A stretch of DNA of 64,000 nucleotides. Source: an uncultured bacterium (GTDB lineage: Bacteria > Pseudomonadota > Gammaproteobacteria > Burkholderiales > SG8-39). The notes below the pieces were generated by a model that did no database searches, was not told the DNA's origin, and saw nothing but the letters and a program-made list of their open reading frames with translations. How positions within the stretch are numbered: the stretch's first letter is position 1; each line of letters starts with the position of its first letter. The stretch covers positions 210,901 through 274,900 of the forward strand of contig CBDDSB010000026.1 in the NCBI GenBank assembly GCA_965233195.1. The letters run 5' to 3'. Position numbers and translations under genes: made by a program. Positions 44,836-53,542 of this stretch are shown here, in pieces.

Positions 44836-45411
44836 CTAGCTCTTCAGTACGCCGCTTGCCTTGGCAGTGTGGGTGGCGATCGCGTCCATGAGCGGCGGCG
44901 AAAGGCAATCGTAGGGCTCGAGGCCGAGCTGCTTCAGCCGCGCGCGCACGGCGCCCATCTGCTTCGGATCGGCGCCGGACTCGATGATCGAGGACACGAA
45001 AGCGGCGAATCCGGCCGGCGCCCAGCCCTCGTCCCGCGACAGCTCGGTATGGATGAAGTCGAAGCCGAAGAGAGGATGCTTCGTGTTCTCGATGCGGCCA
45101 TACATGTGGACGCCGCAGTCCTTGCAGGCGTAGCGCTGGATGGTGGCCTTCGGGTCGAAGATCTTCAGCTTGGCCTCGTTTGCCGTGACGCGCAGGTTGT
45201 CGCGCGACACCGCGGCCACCTGCGAGAACAGGGCGCCCTTGGGCTTCCAGCACTTGGTGCAGCCGCAAACATGGTTGTAATTGCTCTGGCCCTTGATGGC
45301 GACCGTCACCGCGTTCTTGCTGCACAGGCACGCGAGCGTGCCGCCTGCGAAGCCCGCCTTGGCGGGTTTCATGCCGTTGTCTACCGCGGGGTGGATTGCT
45401 ACGTTTGCCAT
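44836..45411 (-). CDS. gfa: S-(hydroxymethyl)glutathione synthase (glutathione-dependent formaldehyde-activating enzyme)
   Basis: 191 aa. Zinc-binding Cys pattern CLCS...CGCTKCWKP...[12 protein letters not shown], with a length typical of Gfa. Confidence 0.8.
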   Translation of the reverse strand: MANVAIHPAVDNGMKPAKAGFAGGTLACLCSKNAVTVAIKGQSNYNHVCGCTKCWKPKGALFSQVAAVSRDNLRVTANEAKLKIFDPKATIQRYACKDCGVHMYGRIENTKHPLFGFDFIHTELSRDEGWAPAGFAAFVSSIIESGADPKQMGAVRARLKQLGLEPYDCLSPPLMDAIATHTAKASGVLKS

Positions 45412-45426
45412 GGTCTTCTCCTTAAC

Positions 45427-47157
45427 CTAGTGGTTATCGCGCGGCACGAAAGCGCCGCTCTTGCCGACCAGGAAGTCGAGGTCGGCGCCGTCGCTGGCCT
45501 GGAGCACGTGGTCGGTGTACAGCTTCCAGTAGCCGCGGTCCAGGTGATCGGCGGGTTTCTTCCAGGCCTTCTTCCGCTTCGTCAATTCGTCCTCGGACAC
45601 GAGCAAGTTCAGCTTGCGCTTCGCGACGTCCAATTCGATCTCGTCGCCATTCTGGACCAGCGCAAGCGGGCCACCAGCGGCGGCTTCCGGGCAAATGTGC
45701 AGGATGACGGTGCCATAGGCAGTGCCGCTCATGCGCGCATCGGAGATGCGCACCATGTCGGTCACGCCCTTCTTCAGCAGCTTGGGCGGCAGCGGCATGT
45801 TGCCGACCTCGGCCATGCCCGGGTAGCCCTTCGGCCCGCAGTTCTTCAGCACCATGACGCAGCTTTCATCGATGTCGAGCTTCGGGTCGTCGATGCGCGT
45901 ATGGAAATCCTCGATGTTCTCGAACACCACCGCGCGGCCCTTGTGGCGCAGGAGCTTCGGCGTCGCCGCCGAGGGCTTGACGATGGCGCCGTCCGGGCAC
46001 AGGTTGCCGCGCAGGACAGCAATACCGGTGTTTTGTTTAAAAGGTTTCTTGAAAGGAAAAACCACATCACGGTTCCAGCAGGGCGCGTCCTTGTTGTTCT
46101 CCCAGATGGTCTTGCCGTTTACCGTAAGGGCGTTCTTGTGCAACTGATCGTTCTCGCCGAGCTCTCGAAGAACGGCAGGCAACCCGCCCGCGTAGTAGAA
46201 GTCTTCCATCAGGTACTTGCCCGACGGCATGAGGTTCACCAGGCAGTGCACGCCGCGGCCGACGCGGTCCCAGTCCTCGAGCGACAGATCCACGCCCATG
46301 CGCCGCGCGATGGCGATGAGATGGATCACCGCGTTGGTCGAGCCGCCGATGGCGGCGCAGGCGCGGATCGCGTTCTCGAACGCTTCCTTGGTGAGGACCT
46401 TCGAGAGGGTGAGCTTCTCCTTCACCATCTCGACGATGCGGCGGCCGGCGGGGCGCGCCACCAGGTTGCGCCGCGCATCGACCGCCGGAATCGCGGCATT
46501 GCCCGGCATGCCGACGCCGAGCGACTCGACCATCGACGCCATGGTCGATGCGGTGCCCATGGTCATGCAGTGGCCGTGCGAGCGGTGCATGCACGGCTCG
46601 GCTTCGTGGAATTCGTCGAGGCTGATGTTGCCGGCGCGCAGGTCCTCCGACATCGACCAGACATTGGTGCCCGAGCCGATCTCGGTACCGCGATACTTGC
46701 CGGAGAGCATCGGCCCGCCTGACACGCCGACGGTGGGGAGGTCGACGCTGGCCGCGCCCATCAGCAGCGCCGGCGTGGTCTTGTCGCAGCCGAACAGCAG
46801 CACCACGCCGTCGAGCGGGTTGGCGCGCAGCGATTCCTCCACGTCCATGCTGGCAAGGTTGCGGTAGAGCATCGCGGTGGGCCGCAGCAGCGTCTCGCCG
46901 AGCGACATCACCGGGAACTCGAGCGGAAAGCCGCCGGCCTCGAGCACGCCGGCCTTCACCTGCTCGGCGAGGACGCGGAAGTGCGAGTTGCACGGCACCA
47001 GCTCGCTGTAGGTGTTGCAGATGCCGATCACCGGGCGGCCGTCGAACTGGTCCTGCGGCACGCCGCGGTTCTTCATCCAGCTGCGGTAGATGAAGCCATA
47101 GATGTCCTGGCGCCCGAACCACTGGATGGAGCGTTGCCCGCCGTTTTTCTTTTTCAC
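45427..47157 (-). CDS. IlvD/Edd-family dehydratase (sugar-acid dehydratase type)
   Basis: Start set at GTG 47157, overlapping the upstream SDR stop (TAGTG). 576 aa. Has CNSHF, LFGCDKTTPA and SDARMSGTA motifs. The 719-aa ORF-track entry reads on in-frame into the SDR gene region. Confidence 0.85.
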   Translation of the reverse strand: MKKKNGGQRSIQWFGRQDIYGFIYRSWMKNRGVPQDQFDGRPVIGICNTYSELVPCNSHFRVLAEQVKAGVLEAGGFPLEFPVMSLGETLLRPTAMLYRNLASMDVEESLRANPLDGVVLLFGCDKTTPALLMGAASVDLPTVGVSGGPMLSGKYRGTEIGSGTNVWSMSEDLRAGNISLDEFHEAEPCMHRSHGHCMTMGTASTMASMVESLGVGMPGNAAIPAVDARRNLVARPAGRRIVEMVKEKLTLSKVLTKEAFENAIRACAAIGGSTNAVIHLIAIARRMGVDLSLEDWDRVGRGVHCLVNLMPSGKYLMEDFYYAGGLPAVLRELGENDQLHKNALTVNGKTIWENNKDAPCWNRDVVFPFKKPFKQNTGIAVLRGNLCPDGAIVKPSAATPKLLRHKGRAVVFENIEDFHTRIDDPKLDIDESCVMVLKNCGPKGYPGMAEVGNMPLPPKLLKKGVTDMVRISDARMSGTAYGTVILHICPEAAAGGPLALVQNGDEIELDVAKRKLNLLVSEDELTKRKKAWKKPADHLDRGYWKLYTDHVLQASDGADLDFLVGKSGAFVPRDNH

Positions 47158-47846
47158 TAGTAAGTGGCCCTTCCGCCAGAGATGTCGAAAACCCCGCCGG
47201 TGGAGAACGAACAGTCCTCGCTGGCCAGCCAGCACACCAGCGCCGCGACTTCGTCGACATTGACGAAGCGGTTCATCGGGATCTTGGACAGCATGTAGTC
47301 GATGTGCTGCTGCGTCATCTGGTCGAAGATCGCGGTCTTCGCCGCGGCGGGCGTAACGCAATTGACCAGCACACCGGTTTGCGCGAGCTCCTTGCCGAGG
47401 CTCTTGGTGAGCGAGATCACGCCGGCTTTGGAGGCGGAGTAGGCGACCGCGTTCGGGTTGCCTTCCTTGCCCGCGATCGAGGCGATGTTCACGATGCGGC
47501 CGTAACCCGCCTTCACCATGAGCGGCGCGACGGCGCGGCAGCACAGGAACTGGCTGGTGAGGTTGATGCGCAGCCCGCGCTCCCATTCCTCAATCGGGTA
47601 GTCCACCGTCGGCTTGTTCATCCCGGCCACGCCGGCGTTGTTCACCAGGACGTCGACTTCGCCGACCGATTGGACTGCTTTCTCGATGGAGGCCGGATTC
47701 GAAACGTCGACCTTGGGTGTGCCATCGAGATCCCAGATCGTGACCTTGGCCCCGGAGGCTTGCAGCCGTTTCACGATTGCCGCGCCGATGCCTTGCACAC
47801 CGCCGGTGACGATGGCGTTTCGTCCCGCGAAATCGAGGTTATTCAT
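47157..47846 (-). CDS. Short-chain dehydrogenase/reductase
   Basis: 229 aa with TGGVQGIG, NNAG and YSASKAG motifs. Confidence 0.8.
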   Translation of the reverse strand: MNNLDFAGRNAIVTGGVQGIGAAIVKRLQASGAKVTIWDLDGTPKVDVSNPASIEKAVQSVGEVDVLVNNAGVAGMNKPTVDYPIEEWERGLRINLTSQFLCCRAVAPLMVKAGYGRIVNIASIAGKEGNPNAVAYSASKAGVISLTKSLGKELAQTGVLVNCVTPAAAKTAIFDQMTQQHIDYMLSKIPMNRFVNVDEVAALVCWLASEDCSFSTGGVFDISGGRATY

Positions 47847-47876
47847 GCGAACGCGAAGTATAATCGCGGCCTTCCG

Positions 47877-48617
47877 ATGTCCGCTCGCCTCGCAGGAAAA
47901 ACCGTTTTCATCACCGCCGCCGGCCAGGGCATGGGCCGCGCCGCCGCGCTCGCGTTCGCGCGCGAGGGCGCCAAGGTGTGGGCGAGCGACATGAACGCCA
48001 AGACCGTGGGCGAGATCGAGGGCAAGGACGGCATCCGCACCTTCGCACTCGACGTCACGGATCAGGCGGCGATTTCAAAAGCAAGCCAGCAAGTCGGTGA
48101 CGTCGACGTGCTGTTCAATTGCGCGGGCATCGTCCACCACGGCTCGATCCTCGACGCCAAGCCCGGCGACTGGGACCAGGCGTTCGCAGTGAACGTAAAG
48201 TCGATGTACCTCGTGTCGCGCGCATTCCTTCCCGGCATGCTGAAGAAAGGCCGCGGCTCGATCATCAACATGGCGTCGGTTGCCTCCTCGATCCGCGGAC
48301 TGCCGAACCGCTTCGTGTACGGCGCGAGCAAGGCGGCGGTGATCGGGCTCACCAAGTCCATTGCCGCCGACTACGTGGGCAAGGGAATCCGCTGCAACGC
48401 CATCTGCCCCGGCACCGTGGACACGCCGTCGCTGCAGGGAAGAATCAATGCCTTCGCCGATCCGGTGCAGGCGCGCAAGGATTTCGTCGCGCGCCAGCCC
48501 ATGGGACGGCTGGGGACCGTGGACGACATCATGGGGATCCTCGTGTTTCTCGCCTCGGACGAGTCGCTGTTCGCGACCGGCAACGCTTATTCGATCGATG
48601 GGGGAATGACAATATGA
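47877..48617 (+). CDS. Short-chain dehydrogenase/reductase (2-keto-3-deoxy-sugar-acid dehydrogenase-like)
   Basis: Start at ATG 47877 (MSARLAGKTVFITAAGQGMG). Has YGASKAA and a PG motif. 246 aa. Confidence 0.8.
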   Translation: MSARLAGKTVFITAAGQGMGRAAALAFAREGAKVWASDMNAKTVGEIEGKDGIRTFALDVTDQAAISKASQQVGDVDVLFNCAGIVHHGSILDAKPGDWDQAFAVNVKSMYLVSRAFLPGMLKKGRGSIINMASVASSIRGLPNRFVYGASKAAVIGLTKSIAADYVGKGIRCNAICPGTVDTPSLQGRINAFADPVQARKDFVARQPMGRLGTVDDIMGILVFLASDESLFATGNAYSIDGGMTI

Positions 48618-49462
48618 AGCTGTGCCGTTACGGCAAAGCGGGCTTCGAGAAGCCCGGGGTGATCGACAGTGAAGGCCGCCTGCGCGATCTTTCAAAAGTG
48701 GTCGATAACATCGGCCCGAACGAGCTCTCGCCGCGCGGCCTGAAGATGCTCACGCGGGTGAAGGCCGAGACGCTGCCGCCGGTGAGCGGCAATCCGCGCC
48801 TCGGCGTGCCTTACGTCGGCATCGGCAAGTTCATCGCCATCGGCCTCAACTATTCCGACCACGCCAAGGAAGCCGGCCTGCCGATTCCGTCCGAGCCGAT
48901 TGTCTTCATGAAGGCCACCACCTGCATCAACGGGCCGAGCGACGACATCATCCAGCCGAAGAACTCGACCAAGCTCGACTGGGAAGTCGAGCTCGGCGTA
49001 GTCATCGGCTCGCAGGCGAAATACGTCGGCGAGGCCGAGGCGCTGAGCCACGTCGCCGGCTACTGCGTGGTGAACGACGTCTCCGAGCGCGCGTTCCAGA
49101 TGGCGACCACGCAATGGGACAAGGGCAAGGGCTTCGATACCTCCGGCCCGATCGGCCCGTGGCTGGTCACCACCGACGAGATCGCCGATCCGCAAACGCT
49201 GGACATGTGGCTCGACGTCAACGGCAAACGCATGCAGAAGGGCAGCACGCAGACCATGGTGTTCAGCGTGGCGAAGATCATCTCGCACGTCAGCCACTAC
49301 ATGACGCTCATGCCGGGCGACATCATCGCCACCGGCACACCTCCGGGCGTGGGCCTGGGCATCAAGCCCAACCCGGTGTTCCTCAAACCCGGCGACCTGA
49401 TGACCCTCGGCATCCAGGGGCTCGGCGAGCAGCGCCAACGCGTGGTCGGATACGCCGGCTAA
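48614..49462 (+). CDS. Fumarylacetoacetate hydrolase (FAH) family protein
   Basis: ATG 48614 overlaps the SDR stop. 282 aa. Has DWEVELGVVIG, VNDVSER and GDIIATGTPPGVG. Confidence 0.8.
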   Translation: MKLCRYGKAGFEKPGVIDSEGRLRDLSKVVDNIGPNELSPRGLKMLTRVKAETLPPVSGNPRLGVPYVGIGKFIAIGLNYSDHAKEAGLPIPSEPIVFMKATTCINGPSDDIIQPKNSTKLDWEVELGVVIGSQAKYVGEAEALSHVAGYCVVNDVSERAFQMATTQWDKGKGFDTSGPIGPWLVTTDEIADPQTLDMWLDVNGKRMQKGSTQTMVFSVAKIISHVSHYMTLMPGDIIATGTPPGVGLGIKPNPVFLKPGDLMTLGIQGLGEQRQRVVGYAG

Positions 49463-49570
49463 AGCCGGCGTGGACTTCAGGGCTACGGCGGGTAGCTGGT
49501 AGTAATTACATCACGCGTTTGCCGCGCTGCCGCATGAACGGCGCGCGCGGAACGGTGTAATGTCTGTCGC

Positions 49571-50911
49571 ATGAACAAGCGCGCAGCGCCGGGTGAAACG
49601 ATCCAAGCCGGGCTTGAGCAGTCGGCCTTCTGGATGCCGTTCACTGCCAACCGGCAATTCAAGAAAACGCCGCGCCTTCTGGCTCGCGCCGAAGGCATGT
49701 ACTACTGGACCCCCGAAGACCGGAAGATCCTCGACGGCACCTCCGGGCTGTGGTGCGTGAACGCCGGCCACTGCCGCCCGAAGATCGTGCAGGCGGTACA
49801 GCGCCAGGTCGCCGAGATGGACTTCGCGCCGACCTTCAATATGGGCCACCCGGTGGCGTTCGAGTTTGCCGAGCGGCTGGCGCAGATTGCGCCGCCCGGG
49901 TTCTCGCGCGTGTTCTTCACCAATTCCCGCTCGGAATCCGCCGACACCGCGCTCAAGATCGCGCTTGCCTACCACCGCGCACGAGGCGAGGGCGGCCGCT
50001 ACCGCCTGATCGGCCGCGAGCGCGGGTACCACGGCGTGAACTTCGGCGGCATGGCGGTCGGCGGCATCACCACCAACAAGAAGATGTTCGGCCCCGGCCT
50101 GGCGGGCGTCGACCATATCCGGCACACGCATGACCCGGCGCGCAACGCCTTTTCGAAGGGCCAGCCGACGCATGGGGCGGAGTTCGCCGACGAGCTGGAG
50201 CGGCTCTGCGTGCTGCACGACCCGTCGACCATCGCCGCGGTGATCGTCGAGCCGGTCGCCGGCTCGGCCGGGGTGCTGGTGCCGCCGGTCGGGTACCTGG
50301 AGCGCCTGCGCGAGATCTGCACGCGCCACGGCATCCTGCTCATCTTCGACGAGGTGATCACCGGCTTCGGCCGCCTCGGCAAGCCGTTCGGCGCGCAGCG
50401 TTTCGGCGTGATGCCGGACCTCTTCACCACCGCCAAGGGCCTGACCAACGCGACGGTGCCGATGGGCGCGGTCTTTGTGCGGGATGCGCTTTATCAGGAA
50501 TTCATGAAGGCCCCGGAAGGGATCGAGATCTTTCATGGCTATACCTATTCGGGCCACCCGCTGGCATGCGCTGCCGGTATCGCCACCCTCGACGTATATG
50601 AGGAAGAAGGCTTGTTGACACGCGTCGCGAGCATCGAAAAGCACTGGGAAGACGGGGCGCATGCACTGAAGGGGGCGCCGCACGTCGTCGACGTGCGCAA
50701 TTGCGGCCTGATGGCCGCGATCGAGCTCGAGCCGCGTGCCGGGCAGCCGGGGAAGCGGGCCTACGAGGTATTCACCAAGGCGTTCGAGGCCGGCGTGCTG
50801 ATCCGCGTGACCGGCGACACCATCGCGCTGTCGCCGCCGCTCATCGTGGAGACGTCGCAGATCGACCAGATTTTTGATTGCGTGGGAAAGATGCTGCGCT
50901 CGGTCACTTAG
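49571..50911 (+). CDS. Class III aminotransferase (omega-amino acid:pyruvate / beta-alanine-pyruvate type)
   Basis: 446 aa with LWCVNAGH, GYHG, LIFDEVITGFGRLG and TTAKGLTN (PLP lysine). Confidence 0.85.
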   Translation: MNKRAAPGETIQAGLEQSAFWMPFTANRQFKKTPRLLARAEGMYYWTPEDRKILDGTSGLWCVNAGHCRPKIVQAVQRQVAEMDFAPTFNMGHPVAFEFAERLAQIAPPGFSRVFFTNSRSESADTALKIALAYHRARGEGGRYRLIGRERGYHGVNFGGMAVGGITTNKKMFGPGLAGVDHIRHTHDPARNAFSKGQPTHGAEFADELERLCVLHDPSTIAAVIVEPVAGSAGVLVPPVGYLERLREICTRHGILLIFDEVITGFGRLGKPFGAQRFGVMPDLFTTAKGLTNATVPMGAVFVRDALYQEFMKAPEGIEIFHGYTYSGHPLACAAGIATLDVYEEEGLLTRVASIEKHWEDGAHALKGAPHVVDVRNCGLMAAIELEPRAGQPGKRAYEVFTKAFEAGVLIRVTGDTIALSPPLIVETSQIDQIFDCVGKMLRSVT

Positions 50912-50944
50912 AACCGGCCAGCAGGGGATAAAGGGAGATAAAAA

Positions 50945-52135
50945 ATGAACTACGGCGGCTTCTGGATCCGGTTTCTCGCTTACCTCGTCGACAGCCTGAT
51001 CGTCACGGTCGGCTTCGTCGGCATCATGCTGCTCCTCGGGGCGATGGGCCTCGAGCTGGCCGGCGCCGAGATCATCTTCCTGGTGCTGAGCATCCTGTAC
51101 TGGGCCCTGATGCACTCGTCCCCGCGCCAAGCCACCATCGGCAAGGAGCTATGCGGCCTCAAGGTCGGCGGCCCGAACGGCGAGCGGCTGTCGGTGCCCC
51201 GCGCGCTCGGACGCGAGGCGGCGAAGATCATCTCGTCCCTCACCCTGCTCATCGGCTTCATCATCGCAGCCTTCACCCGGAACAAGCAGGCGCTGCACGA
51301 CTTCGTCGCCTCCACCTACGTGGTACGGGCGAGCGAGGGCAAGGTGGTCGCGGCGCTCGGCCTGGCGTTGCTCGCGCTTTGCGCGCCGGTGCTTGCCGGC
51401 ATGTACATGGGGACTGCGTTCATCGACGGCTTCACGGCGAGCGTCACGGCCGGAGTGCTGGGCGATCAGCCCGCGCCAAAGCAGGCCCAGACCGCCGCCA
51501 AGCCCGCTGCGCCGGCACCGGCACCCGTGCCCAAGGTTGTCGCCGAGGCGCCCAAGCCAGCCGCCGAAGCGCCCAAGGCAGCCGCCGAAGCGCCCAAGGC
51601 AGCCGCGGCGCCGGTTCCAGTCTCTGCACCGGTCCAGCCGGTTGCCAAAGCTCCCGAAGCGCCGAAGTCAGCGCCAGCCCCGGCCAAGGCCGTGGCGCAA
51701 CCCGCCGTCGCTCCAGAGCCGGTGAAAGTTGCCGCGCCGGTCGCGCCCAAGGAGGAGGTGCCGGCCAAGGCGGAACCCGTAGCCGAGGAGCGCGCGCCCG
51801 CCAAGGAGGCGACGCTCGTCCCCGCGCGGATGGCGGCCGGCCCGGTCTACGAGAGCAAGATCCGCTTCAACGACCTTGTGACCGCCGTGCTCTACCAGGA
51901 CGCGGGCGCGGTGAACGACCTGCTCGCCTTCGGCAAGTGGCCCGACAAGGCGGACAGCACCGGCATGACGCCGCTGATGATCGCGGTCTCGCTCGGTCAG
52001 ACCGAGATCGCCGGGGCCCTGCTCAAGGCCGGGGCCGACCCGCAGCGCGTCGGCCCCGGAGGGGTGACGGCGATCTCCATCGCGCGCGAGCGCAAGGACG
52101 CAGCGCTCATCGGTCTGCTGCAGGGTAAACGCTAG
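50945..52135 (+). CDS. RDD-family membrane domain fused to an Ala/Pro-rich linker and ankyrin repeats
   Basis: N-terminal FWIRFLAYLVDSLIV...RQATIGKELCGLKV (RDD domain, 3 TM). Linker PKPAAEAPKAAAEAPKAAAAP.... C-terminal STGMTPLMIAVSLGQTEIAGALLKAGADP (ankyrin). Confidence 0.65.
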   Translation: MNYGGFWIRFLAYLVDSLIVTVGFVGIMLLLGAMGLELAGAEIIFLVLSILYWALMHSSPRQATIGKELCGLKVGGPNGERLSVPRALGREAAKIISSLTLLIGFIIAAFTRNKQALHDFVASTYVVRASEGKVVAALGLALLALCAPVLAGMYMGTAFIDGFTASVTAGVLGDQPAPKQAQTAAKPAAPAPAPVPKVVAEAPKPAAEAPKAAAEAPKAAAAPVPVSAPVQPVAKAPEAPKSAPAPAKAVAQPAVAPEPVKVAAPVAPKEEVPAKAEPVAEERAPAKEATLVPARMAAGPVYESKIRFNDLVTAVLYQDAGAVNDLLAFGKWPDKADSTGMTPLMIAVSLGQTEIAGALLKAGADPQRVGPGGVTAISIARERKDAALIGLLQGKR

Positions 52136-52145
52136 CTCAGCGGGA

Positions 52146-52163
52146 AGCCCGCGTTCGCGGGCT
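52146..52163. terminator. Hairpin between convergent genes
   Basis: AGCCCGC-GTTC-GCGGGCT (7-bp stem) followed by ATTTC. It lies in the 26-nt gap between the stops of 50945..52135 and 52162..53421. The U-tract is weak. Confidence 0.4.
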
Positions 52164-53421
52164 ATTTCGCCGCAGCTCTGACCACGCCCAGCCGGCGGCC
52201 GCGTGCCGGCTGCTTCAACCTCGCCGGGACCACCAGGTCCCGGACGAAGTTCGGCAGGGCGAACACACCCTCGTGGGTCTCGCCGTTGTAGTAGCGCAGG
52301 TCCGTCAGCTTGCGCGCCTCGATGCGCCGGTCGATCTCGTCGGCCGTGAAGGCCTTCGGGTCGAGCTTGTCCGAGCACACCGCCATCGCCCATAGCGAGC
52401 CGTAGAGCGGGATGTACATGGTGTACGGCCGCACGATGCGGAACACCGTGTTCAACCGCTGGGCAAGCTGGGCGACGCGCTCCGGCCGCGCCACCGGCGA
52501 GCCGATGTGCAGGGTGAGCGCTCCGCCCGGCGCCAGCGCGGCGCGCAGCTGCTGGAAGAACTCGGTCGAGTAGAGCGCTTCCGCCGGTCCCATCGGGTCG
52601 TTCAGGTCGAGCGCGATCAGGTCGAATTTCTCCTGGGTCTCACGCACGAACTTCATCCCGTCGTCGACCAGCACCCGCAGCTTCGGGTTGTCGAACGCGC
52701 CCTGGTGGACGGCCTGGAAGTGCTCCTTCGCCACCTGGATGACGTCGCCGTCGATCTCGACCATCGTCACCTGCTCGACCGAGGGGTGCTTGAGCGCCTC
52801 CTCGGAGGAGCCGCCGTCGCCGCCGCCGATGATCAGCACCTTCTTCGGCGCCGCGTGCGCGGTAAGCGCGGGGTGAATCAGGTTCTCGTGATAGACGAAC
52901 TCCTCCTTCTCGGAGGTCATGTTGAACCCGTCGAGACGGAACAGCTTCCCGTAGTGCGGCGTGTCGTAGATCGCCATCTTCTGGAAGCGCGTCTGCCACT
53001 CGCCGACCTGCTTGGTCGCCTTGATATAGAAGCCGGTCGAGTCGTTGAGCGGCTCCATCAGCAGGTGCTCGCCGCGGTCGACCTCGTGGCGCGCGGCCTC
53101 CGTCGGCTGGAAGTACTCGACCATCTGCTCGAACAGCTTCCGCGCCTTGGCGGAATTGTCGGCGCTGTAGTTACAGACGTAGACGTCGAGCGTCAGCCCC
53201 TGGCGCTCGGGCCAGGTATGGATGGCGAGGTGGGACTCGGCAAGCACCACCGTGCCCGTGAAGCCGCCTCCCTCGAACGTGTGGAAAGTGGCATCCATGG
53301 TCGTGAGCCCTGCGGCCGCGACCATCTCGATGCACTTGGCCCGAAAGCTCTCGCCGTCGAGGAGTAGCTGCGGATCGCAGCGGCAGCCGGTGAGGTCACC
53401 GATGAGATGCAGACCATTCAT
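52162..53421 (-). CDS. Fused S-adenosylmethionine decarboxylase (SpeH-type proenzyme) / spermidine synthase
   Basis: ATG 53421 is preceded by GGAGGG. The N-terminal ~110 aa carry the self-processing motif VVLAESHLAIHTWPE. The remainder has spermidine synthase blocks (LDGFNMTSEKEEFVYHE, VLIIGGGDGG, VEIDGDVI). Confidence 0.8.
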   Translation of the reverse strand: MNGLHLIGDLTGCRCDPQLLLDGESFRAKCIEMVAAAGLTTMDATFHTFEGGGFTGTVVLAESHLAIHTWPERQGLTLDVYVCNYSADNSAKARKLFEQMVEYFQPTEAARHEVDRGEHLLMEPLNDSTGFYIKATKQVGEWQTRFQKMAIYDTPHYGKLFRLDGFNMTSEKEEFVYHENLIHPALTAHAAPKKVLIIGGGDGGSSEEALKHPSVEQVTMVEIDGDVIQVAKEHFQAVHQGAFDNPKLRVLVDDGMKFVRETQEKFDLIALDLNDPMGPAEALYSTEFFQQLRAALAPGGALTLHIGSPVARPERVAQLAQRLNTVFRIVRPYTMYIPLYGSLWAMAVCSDKLDPKAFTADEIDRRIEARKLTDLRYYNGETHEGVFALPNFVRDLVVPARLKQPARGRRLGVVRAAAK

Positions 53422-53542
53422 GTCCGTACCCTCCAAAATGCGAAGGCGCAGCCTGCGGAGTGCAGACCACGCCTTCCATCCGCGCCTTTCGGCGCACAGC
53501 GCTCTCTGATCGCGCTCAACTCGTTCAAAACCTCCTAAGTTT

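Noticed and set aside
47158-47586. N-terminal 143 aa of the 719-aa ORF 45427..47586
   Set aside because: This part overlaps the SDR gene (47157..47846) in another frame and has no IlvD homology. Homology to IlvD/Edd dehydratases begins right after GTG 47157, which overlaps the SDR stop.
49511-51130. 539-aa minus-strand ORF opposite the aminotransferase and the RDD gene
   Set aside because: It is an antisense shadow ORF that spans an intergenic region and two well-supported plus-strand genes.
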